A stretch of 42,858 bases of DNA from a candidate division WOR-3 bacterium (GTDB lineage Bacteria; Hydrothermota; Tepidihabitantia; SM23-42; JAOAFX01), in assembly GCA_039802265.1 (NCBI GenBank), contig JBDRWI010000009.1, forward strand, positions 1 to 42,858, written 5' to 3'. Within the stretch, counting starts at the first letter, position 1. Every line of letters begins with the position of its first letter. The notes beneath the pieces are model-generated. The model saw only the letters and a list, made by a program, of their open reading frames with translations. It searched no databases and was not told the origin of the DNA. Made by a program: the position numbers and the translations under genes. This document shows positions 36,137 to 42,858 of the stretch, piece after piece.

Positions 36137-38179
36137 ATGAAGAAATTTTTGCCCTTATTGTTTCTTCTGGTTATTATTATTAGTTGCGCCCAAAAAGTAG
36201 AACCAATAAAGGGTGAACGGGGCGGGAAAATGGTAATTGGAACAACAGACTTGCCAAGTATTATTTCGCCTCTTCAACCGTCGGTCTTCGGTTCAAATGA
36301 GATTCTTGACCTCTTATTTATGAAACTTCACAGCATTGACCCAAAGACGGGCAAGATGACACCGGAACTGGCAGCTTCCTGGGAATTTTCAGAAGACCTG
36401 ACTACCATCACTTACTATCTGCGTTCCGATATTAAATGGTGGGATGGTGAACCAGTTACTGCTGAAGATGTCCTTTACACATTTGAAAGGATGCAGGACC
36501 CCAAAACAAATTACCCAATGGTGAGTAGACTTCGATTCATCAAAAAGGCAGAGGTTGTAAATAAATATGCGATAAAATTCACCTTCAGTCAGGTTTATGC
36601 TGACCTTCTGACCGATTCAGATATTATGCCCATTCCCAAACATATCTATGAAAAATCACCCGATGATTTCGGTAAAAAGAAGATTATTGGTAACGGTCCT
36701 TATAAAGTCAAAGAATGGACTCCTGGTTCTGGACTGGTCTTGACCGCGAATGAAGATTATTATCGGGGTCGCCCACCACTTGATGAAATCTATATTAAGT
36801 ACTACACCGACTTTAGTGCGATGATTAACGACTTCGTACAAGGAAACCTTGATCTGGCATTAAATTTAACCCCCGAGGATGCGAAGAAACTATCTGAGAA
36901 TAAGAGTATTAATATTACTACAAACCCGGGGAATACTTATACCTACATTGGGTGGAATCTCAGTAACGAATTCTTAAAAGACAAAGAAATCCGCAAGGCA
37001 TTGAGCATGGCAATCGATAAATCCAAAATTTTAAACCAAGTTTTTTCGGGAATGGGTAAGATTTCGCTCGGACCACTTCCACCATCTTCCTGGGCATTTA
37101 ATGAGAACCTCGCACCCATAGAATATAATGTGTCAAAGGCAAAAGAGATTTTGACAAAAAAAGGATTTGAGGACCGCAATCGCAACAATGTATTGGATAT
37201 GAATGGTAGAGACCTTACCCTCACAATAATCACAAACATCGAAAGTCCAGTCCGTGTTGAGATTCTAAAGAATGTTACCGCTGACTTAGCCCAACTCGGG
37301 ATAAAAGTAAATGCCCAGACCCTTCCGGCAAATGAATTCATTACGGCCCTGATTAACAAACGTTTTGATGGTTTCATTATGGGATGGAGTGTCGGAGATA
37401 AGATTGACCCAACCCTCTACTGGCATTCTGAACCAACCAAGGGAAGATACAATTTTGTTGGATATAAGAGTAGCATTGTTGATTCACTCATTGAGATTGG
37501 TGTAACCATGCTCAACCGCAAAAAGGCAAAAGAAATCTGGAATGAATTTCAGAGGATTATTTATGAGGACCAGCCTTATACATTCCTTGTTGTTCCGGAT
37601 GTAATTGCCGCCTGCTATAAGAGACTGAAAGGAACAGATGATGGAATAAAACTTGCAAGTGCCTATACCTATTGGATTCCTGAATCGGAAAGGAGAATGG
37701 TTGTAGCAACGATAACCCAGCCTCTGCCCACGCCGACAACCGAGAAACCGAAATTAGAAGAGAAGAAACCGGAAGCACCCAAACCACCCCCCACTGTTGA
37801 ACCTGAAAAGTTGTTAGAGGCAGCAGCAGCGAAGAAAGAGACAACTGCGGTAGCGACGACACCCCCAACAGAAGTTACACCACCACCCCCTCCACCACCT
37901 AAACCCGCTGTCATTACCAAACCAATTCCCATAAAACAGGTATCACCAAAATATCCTGAGTCGGCAAAGGCAATTGGTGCCACGGGCCGGGTAGTAGTCA
38001 GGGTTGTGGTGGGCATTGATGGAAAGGTCAAGGCTGCGACAATCATCTCCAGTTTTGGAAATCCAGCCTGCGAGGAAGCTGCGCTTACTGCTGCAAAACA
38101 ATGGGAATTTAAACCCGCAACCAGAGACGGTGAACCGTTTGAACAGAATATCTCCATCCCTTTTGACTTTAAGCCCTAA
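36137..38179 (+). CDS. Lipoprotein: family-5 (OppA/DppA-like) solute-binding domain, Pro-rich linker, TonB C-terminal domain
   Basis: Lipobox IIISC; PELAASWEFSED, KWWDGEPVTAEDVLYTF, GNGPYKV, IRKALSMAIDK; linker ..PPPPPPPKP; TonB_C PKYPESAKAIGATGRVVVRVVVGIDGKV..AAKQWEFKPATRDGEP..IPFDF. Confidence 0.9.
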   Translation: MKKFLPLLFLLVIIISCAQKVEPIKGERGGKMVIGTTDLPSIISPLQPSVFGSNEILDLLFMKLHSIDPKTGKMTPELAASWEFSEDLTTITYYLRSDIKWWDGEPVTAEDVLYTFERMQDPKTNYPMVSRLRFIKKAEVVNKYAIKFTFSQVYADLLTDSDIMPIPKHIYEKSPDDFGKKKIIGNGPYKVKEWTPGSGLVLTANEDYYRGRPPLDEIYIKYYTDFSAMINDFVQGNLDLALNLTPEDAKKLSENKSINITTNPGNTYTYIGWNLSNEFLKDKEIRKALSMAIDKSKILNQVFSGMGKISLGPLPPSSWAFNENLAPIEYNVSKAKEILTKKGFEDRNRNNVLDMNGRDLTLTIITNIESPVRVEILKNVTADLAQLGIKVNAQTLPANEFITALINKRFDGFIMGWSVGDKIDPTLYWHSEPTKGRYNFVGYKSSIVDSLIEIGVTMLNRKKAKEIWNEFQRIIYEDQPYTFLVVPDVIAACYKRLKGTDDGIKLASAYTYWIPESERRMVVATITQPLPTPTTEKPKLEEKKPEAPKPPPTVEPEKLLEAAAAKKETTAVATTPPTEVTPPPPPPPKPAVITKPIPIKQVSPKYPESAKAIGATGRVVVRVVVGIDGKVKAATIISSFGNPACEEAALTAAKQWEFKPATRDGEPFEQNISIPFDFKP

Positions 38180-38346
38180 AGGATAGTGGAAAATTATTGG
38201 GAGAAACAAAATCGCCCAGATAACTAAAAGGTCTGCGCATTGACGGTGAATAGTGCACAACCTCCGGAAAACAGTATCCTCCGGTAATTTATGAGAAAAT
38301 TCCCGAAGAGATCTTTTTTATTGTAAACGCGTTCGCCAAATTACGC

Positions 38347-38374
38347 TTGACATTGATAAAAAATTGTGTAAAAT
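38347..38374 (+). promoter_or_regulatory. sigma70-like promoter, probably leaderless, for fab operon
   Basis: TTGACA-N16-TAAAAT, then 5 nt to ATG 38380. Confidence 0.7.
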
Positions 38375-38379
38375 TGACT

Positions 38380-39111
38380 ATGAATTTAAATGATAAGGTT
38401 GCCCTCGTAACAGGTGGCGCAGCGGGCATTGGCGCCGCAATTTGTAAAAAATTTGTTGAGAATGGTGCCAAGATAATTATCGGGGATATCGATGAGCAAA
38501 ATGGGAATCTGCTGGCAGAGAAACTCGGCAAGAACGCCTATTTTTACTTCCTAAATATTACGGACGAGAATAATGTGAATAAAGTGGTTGACGATATTGC
38601 GAAGACCCACGGCAAAATAGACATATTGGTCAATAATGCCGGTATTACAAACGATAAGTTACTACTGCGTATGACCAAAGAAGACTTCAATCAGGTGATT
38701 GAAGTCAATCTTACCGGTACTTTTTTAGTCACCCGGGCAGTTTCAAGGTATATGATAAAACAGCGCTTCGGCAGGATTATAAACATTGCCTCGGTTATCG
38801 GTTTAATCGGTAATATCGGACAGGCAAACTATGCAGCAAGCAAGGCCGGTATTATCGGACTCACAAAGTCCTGTGCCAAGGAATTTGCTCAAAGAAATAT
38901 CACCGTAAATGCCATTGCGCCGGGTTTTATTGAAACAAGAATGACTGAAGGTTTATCCTCCGAAGTGAAAGAGGCATATTTAAAACTTATCCCCTTGGGT
39001 CGCTTTGGTAGACCTGAGGATGTGGCTGAACTTGCATTGTTTCTATCCTCAGACCAGGCAGGGTACATTACCGGACAGGTAATTACCCTTGATGGTGGCA
39101 TGGTAATGTAA
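38380..39111 (+). CDS. fabG: 3-oxoacyl-ACP reductase
   Basis: TGGAAGIG, NNAGIT, GQANYAASK (YxxxK), IAPGFIET; followed by acpP and fabF. Confidence 0.93.
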   Translation: MNLNDKVALVTGGAAGIGAAICKKFVENGAKIIIGDIDEQNGNLLAEKLGKNAYFYFLNITDENNVNKVVDDIAKTHGKIDILVNNAGITNDKLLLRMTKEDFNQVIEVNLTGTFLVTRAVSRYMIKQRFGRIINIASVIGLIGNIGQANYAASKAGIIGLTKSCAKEFAQRNITVNAIAPGFIETRMTEGLSSEVKEAYLKLIPLGRFGRPEDVAELALFLSSDQAGYITGQVITLDGGMVM

Positions 39112-39136
39112 TTATAACTAATGAAAGGAGAGCAAA

Positions 39137-39376
39137 ATGACACTATTTGATGAGGTCAGAGATATAATTGTGAAAGAACTGGATGTTCCACCCGAAAAGG
39201 TAAATCCCGATGCAAAATTTATTGAACATCTCGGTGCAGATTCGCTTGCCATGGTGAACCTCATTATGGCATTTGAAGATAAATTCAAGATTAGCATTCC
39301 TAATGAGGATGCGCAGAAGTTGGATACCGTAGGCAAGGCAATCGCCTACCTTGAAGAAAAATTGAATAAAAAATGA
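39137..39376 (+). CDS. acpP: Acyl carrier protein
   Basis: LGADSL phosphopantetheine site, 79 aa, SD AAGGAG, context. Confidence 0.93.
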   Translation: MTLFDEVRDIIVKELDVPPEKVNPDAKFIEHLGADSLAMVNLIMAFEDKFKISIPNEDAQKLDTVGKAIAYLEEKLNKK

Positions 39377-40614
39377 AAAGGGTGGTCGTAACCGGACTTG
39401 GCGCAATTACGCCCCTGGGCAATGATTTAAAATCCACTTGGGAAAACATGCTCCAGGGCAAAAGTGGCATTGATTTGATAAAATCCTTTGATACATCAAA
39501 TCACACAGTAAAGATTGCTGGTGAGGTCAAAGATTTTCGCCCCGAGCAAAAAATTGATCCCAAAATACTGAAACGCCTTGACCGCTGTGTGCAACTCTGT
39601 CTCTGGGCAACGATAGAAGCAGTTGAGGATGCCAAAATTGACTTTGAAAAATTTGACAAAACGGATATCGGCGTTATCATTGGTTCTGGAATTGGAGGAC
39701 TTTTGACCTGGGAAGAACAACATATCAAATTTATGAGCCAAGGGCCGAGTCGGGTCTCACCATTTCTAATCCCGATGATGATTGCGGATATGACATCTGG
39801 TTATGTAGCAATATACTACGGTCTGAAAGGTCCAAATTATACTACTGTTTCAGCCTGTGCCTCGGGCGCCCATGCCATCGGAACTGCCTTTAGAGAAATT
39901 AAACTCGGCAATGCCACAATGGTTATTACCGGTGGGGCTGAAGCGCCAATCACCCCCTTTGCCCTTGCCGGCTTCAGCAATATGCGCGCCCTTTCCCGAA
40001 GAAATGACGAACCCCAGAAGGCATCCAGACCCTTTGACCGGGCACGCGATGGTTTTGTAATGGCTGAAGGCGCGGCTATCTTAATTCTGGAAGAACTGGA
40101 GTTTGCAAAAAAGAGAGGCGCAAAGATTTATGCAGAAATAGTCGGCTTTGGGGCTACCGGTGATGGTTATCATATAACTGCCCCATCACCGGATGGTGAA
40201 GGTGCACGACGTTCAATGGAAAGGGCAATAAGAGAGGCAGGCTGTCGAAAGGAGGAAATCCAGTACATCAATGCCCACGGTACCTCCACCGACTTAAATG
40301 ACAAGTTTGAAGCGAAGGCAATAAAGGATCTATTTGGTTCATATGCATCAAATATTGCAATAAACTCTACGAAATCAATGATTGGTCACGCATTGGGAGC
40401 CGCGGGTGCAATTGAATCGGCAGTCACGGTCCTTTCCATATATCACAAGATCATTCATCCGACAATAAATTTAGAAGACCCGGACCCAGAATGTGAGGGA
40501 CTTGACTTCGTTACCAAAACCGCAAGAAAGACCGAAATTAACTACGCCCTTTCCAACTCATTGGGTTTTGGCGGTCATAATGTATCACTATGTTTTAAAA
40601 AATTTGTTGAATGA
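39373..40614 (+). CDS. fabF: Beta-ketoacyl-ACP synthase II
   Basis: RVVVTGLG, SACASG (Cys), INAHGTST, GHALGAAG, NSLGFGGHN. Confidence 0.96.
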   Translation: MKRVVVTGLGAITPLGNDLKSTWENMLQGKSGIDLIKSFDTSNHTVKIAGEVKDFRPEQKIDPKILKRLDRCVQLCLWATIEAVEDAKIDFEKFDKTDIGVIIGSGIGGLLTWEEQHIKFMSQGPSRVSPFLIPMMIADMTSGYVAIYYGLKGPNYTTVSACASGAHAIGTAFREIKLGNATMVITGGAEAPITPFALAGFSNMRALSRRNDEPQKASRPFDRARDGFVMAEGAAILILEELEFAKKRGAKIYAEIVGFGATGDGYHITAPSPDGEGARRSMERAIREAGCRKEEIQYINAHGTSTDLNDKFEAKAIKDLFGSYASNIAINSTKSMIGHALGAAGAIESAVTVLSIYHKIIHPTINLEDPDPECEGLDFVTKTARKTEINYALSNSLGFGGHNVSLCFKKFVE

Positions 40615-41198
40615 GGAAAAAGATTGTGATTGGTATTTGCGGAAATATTGGTTCGGGGAAAACTACAGTTGCTCGGATATTTGCCAATTTAGGCGCGCGC
40701 TATCTCTCTGCCGATGAATTGGGCTGGAAGGTCTTGCCCAAAATTTCTGCTGGTCTAAAAAGGGAATTTGGCACAAATTTCTTTTCCGATGGTAAGGTCG
40801 ACAGAAAGAAACTGGCTGAAATCGTCTTTGCTAATAAAGAGAAACTGGATAGATTAAATCGCCTTTCCCATCCAATACTTATAAAAAGTCTTATTAGGGA
40901 ATTAGCAAAAATAAAATCCGGTATCGTTGTGGTTGATGGCGCCCTGCTCTTTGATTGGCCAAAAGTTTACAAAAAGATTGATTTTCCGATTCTGGTGGTT
41001 GCAAAAAGAAAATTGAAGAAAATGAGGACTATTAAACGCGGCATCTCTGAAAATCTATTTAATAAAATAATATCGGTCCAGAAAAGTGAAAAAGAGATGG
41101 CACAGATGGCTAAGGATATAATAAGAAATAATGGCACCCTTGCGTCATTAGAAAAAAGGTGCCGAAAGTTATTTGAGGAGTTGCGGAATGATTGTTGA
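40611..41198 (+). CDS. coaE: Dephospho-CoA kinase
   Basis: IGICGNIGSGKTTV, VDRKKLAEIVF, LNRLSHP, IIRNNGTL. Confidence 0.9.
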   Translation: MRKKIVIGICGNIGSGKTTVARIFANLGARYLSADELGWKVLPKISAGLKREFGTNFFSDGKVDRKKLAEIVFANKEKLDRLNRLSHPILIKSLIRELAKIKSGIVVVDGALLFDWPKVYKKIDFPILVVAKRKLKKMRTIKRGISENLFNKIISVQKSEKEMAQMAKDIIRNNGTLASLEKRCRKLFEELRNDC

Positions 41199-41787
41199 AT
41201 GCAGTGGTTGTCATACAAAATATAATGTTGATGATAACAAAATCCCTCCAGCCGGAATTAAAGTTCGCTGCCATAAGTGTGGAACGATTATCTTACTGAA
41301 AAAGGAAATACCACCGCCTCAGCCCGAAGTAAAGAAGGCAGAACCGACGATACCACCTCCTCCAGAGGTTAAACCACCTCCTTCTCCAGCACCAACTCCT
41401 CCTCCGCCGCCCCCTCCTACCCAACCCCCTGCACCTCCCACCCAACCGTCTTCTGAGGTAAAACCTCCGCCTGTGCAACCCGAAATTGAAGTTGTCTCAA
41501 AACCACCAACTCCACCAGTTGCTGAAATGAGTGAAGAGGACAAAAAGTGGCACGAAAGGGCACGACGGCTTGCCAAGGCACTTGCCTCAGACCTCGTTCT
41601 GTATAATCAGGAAAAAGTGGAACAGGGGTTGCGTGAAGGAACACTGGTTCAGCTGCTGGGTAGCGAAATCAGAAAATCCTGGGAGTACTACTGTCAGCAG
41701 ATTCCCAAGCATATTGTTGAAAGCACCGACTACTTTAAAGAACAGTTAAACAAAATCGTCGGCAAGGGAAAGGAAATTTTCAAGTAA
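41188..41787 (+). CDS. MJ0042-type zinc-ribbon protein with Pro-rich linker and helical C-terminal domain
   Basis: ATG 41188 after GAGGAG; CSGC..KVRCHKC; PPPPP linker; ARRLAKALASDLVLYN domain. Confidence 0.75.
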   Translation: MIVECSGCHTKYNVDDNKIPPAGIKVRCHKCGTIILLKKEIPPPQPEVKKAEPTIPPPPEVKPPPSPAPTPPPPPPPTQPPAPPTQPSSEVKPPPVQPEIEVVSKPPTPPVAEMSEEDKKWHERARRLAKALASDLVLYNQEKVEQGLREGTLVQLLGSEIRKSWEYYCQQIPKHIVESTDYFKEQLNKIVGKGKEIFK

Positions 41788-41929
41788 AGAGCTCTCAGTA
41801 AAAACAAAAGAACCTTCTCCCACGCCCCATACTACTCTGTATCTTGGGGTTAGCTCATAACTTGAAAAACGCATGAAGCTGAAGGTATTAGGTTGGACCT
41901 TAATTTTTAAAGCATTTTAAATATAATCC

Positions 41930-42148
41930 ATGATGGAAATTACGGAAAAGACATCGGTTGAGGAGTTACTATCTATCTACCCCCAACTTACCAATGTTTT
42001 TATTAAACTTGGTTTATCCTGCTATGTCTGTGGTGAGGCATTCTGGGGAACAATTGGGGAACTGGCGCAGAAATATAATGTGAATGTAAATAAGATTATC
42101 AGAATATTGAATGAAGAAAAAAGCAAGTTAAACCAAAGGGAGGTTTGA
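41930..42148 (+). CDS. DUF1858-like small protein
   Basis: ITEKTSVEELLSIYP..VFIKLGLSCYVC..TIGELA; TATAAT lies immediately upstream. Confidence 0.75.
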   Translation: MMEITEKTSVEELLSIYPQLTNVFIKLGLSCYVCGEAFWGTIGELAQKYNVNVNKIIRILNEEKSKLNQREV

Positions 42149-42295
42149 GTGAAAGATAGCGTGAAAAAATATCTAATTCTATGTCTCTTTTCTATTTCGG
42201 GTTTATTACCAAAAAGACGATAAAATTATCCTTAAAAATTCATCCGTCATAAAAAGGGGTTGAAAGGCATTTTTGAGAAAATTGAAATTTTGAAG

Positions 42296-42858
42296 TTAAT
42301 CGTCTTTTTTACTCGTTCCCTTCCATTTATGTAGTATTTCGTTAATTCTTTTTAAACTATTTTTGTTTGCAAGAAAAAGTAATGTATCTCCAGGCTCTAA
42401 AATAGTGCCACCACTTGGCACAATAAAATTTTCACCACGAACAATGAGAACAATAAGACAATCCTGGGGAAAACCAATTTCTACTATTGGTTTGTTTACT
42501 ACTTCAGACTCAAAAGGTACGATCAATTCTATTAATTCAGTGTCCACACCAGGCGGTGGTTCAAATTCAATTGGTGATGCACGCTTGTTTTCTAATGGTG
42601 CACTTACCCCTAAAATTTTTGAAATAATTGGAATAGACCAACCCTGGAAAAGTGCAGAGGTTAGGACAATAAAGAAAACAAGGTTGAAAATTAATTCAGC
42701 ATTCTGAATTCCTGCAAGCAGTGGGAATGTAGCAAGAATTATAGGAACCGCTCCACGCAGTCCTACCCAGGCCACAAATAATCGCTCTCGTAAACTATAT
42801 TTACTCAGAAACAGTGATAGAAAAACGCTTATCGGTCGGGCAACAAACATTAAAAATA
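42296..42858 (-). CDS. K+/H+ antiporter (CvrA/NhaP2-like), C-terminal part with TrkA_C/RCK_C domain; runs off the window
   Basis: FVARP, WVGLRGAVPIILATFP, LIVLIVRGENFIVPSGGTILEPGD. Confidence 0.9.
   Translation of the reverse strand, partial: FLMFVARPISVFLSLFLSKYSLRERLFVAWVGLRGAVPIILATFPLLAGIQNAELIFNLVFFIVLTSALFQGWSIPIISKILGVSAPLENKRASPIEFEPPPGVDTELIELIVPFESEVVNKPIVEIGFPQDCLIVLIVRGENFIVPSGGTILEPGDTLLFLANKNSLKRINEILHKWKGTSKKDD

Noticed and set aside
38347..38379. ORF-track N-terminal extensions (fabG 38347, Kelch 3185, cyclase 8247, dacB 11304, secretin 16507)
   Set aside because: They overlap promoter boxes, leader hairpins or upstream genes; downstream ATGs fit better.
41310..41520. C-rich low-complexity DNA (also 37720-37915) as a repeat element
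   Set aside because: Explained by proline-rich linkers with mixed CCN codons.
41788..41929. Possible riboswitch or sRNA in intergenic gaps (also 38180-38346, 15140-15277, 33345-33500)
   Set aside because: Only weak stems and no recognisable consensus; an Rfam search would be needed.
1..42858. CRISPR array
   Set aside because: No regularly spaced 25-45-bp repeats with unique spacers; no cas genes.

Overview
Bacterial chromosomal window with moderately low GC. The gene content (many secreted proteins ending in a T9SS-type/FlgD-like C-terminal domain, C25 gingipain-like proteins, D-S/T-rich periplasmic proteins) suggests a WOR-3/FCB-related lineage; this assignment is inference. Left to right: a 127-bp repeat end, a Kelch/CARDB secreted protein, Yip1-like protein, SLT, class III cyclase-NTPase-TPR, Tat-exported protein, a ~580-bp hairpin-rich non-coding element carrying the second repeat copy, a minus-strand Usp-EIIA-GATase-like-yceD-dacB-small ORF run, an FG-GAP pseudogene, hslU plus a secretin, a 17.4-kb cluster of eight CTD-bearing secreted proteins, tmRNA, an OppA-like lipoprotein fused to a TonB C-terminal domain, fabG-acpP-fabF-coaE-zinc-ribbon gene, DUF1858, and a partial K+/H+ antiporter. 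Most notable: (1) the solute-binding-protein::TonB_C fusion next to a secreted peptidase cluster; (2) the multi-copy structured non-coding element; (3) 13 sigma70-like promoters that all have a 16-bp spacer, several leaderless; (4) STAB-SD-like leaders; (5) heptamer micro-repeats in CTD loops; (6) two C25 paralogs lacking the catalytic His. No CRISPR array, rRNA, tRNA, transposase, integrase or reverse transcriptase was seen.
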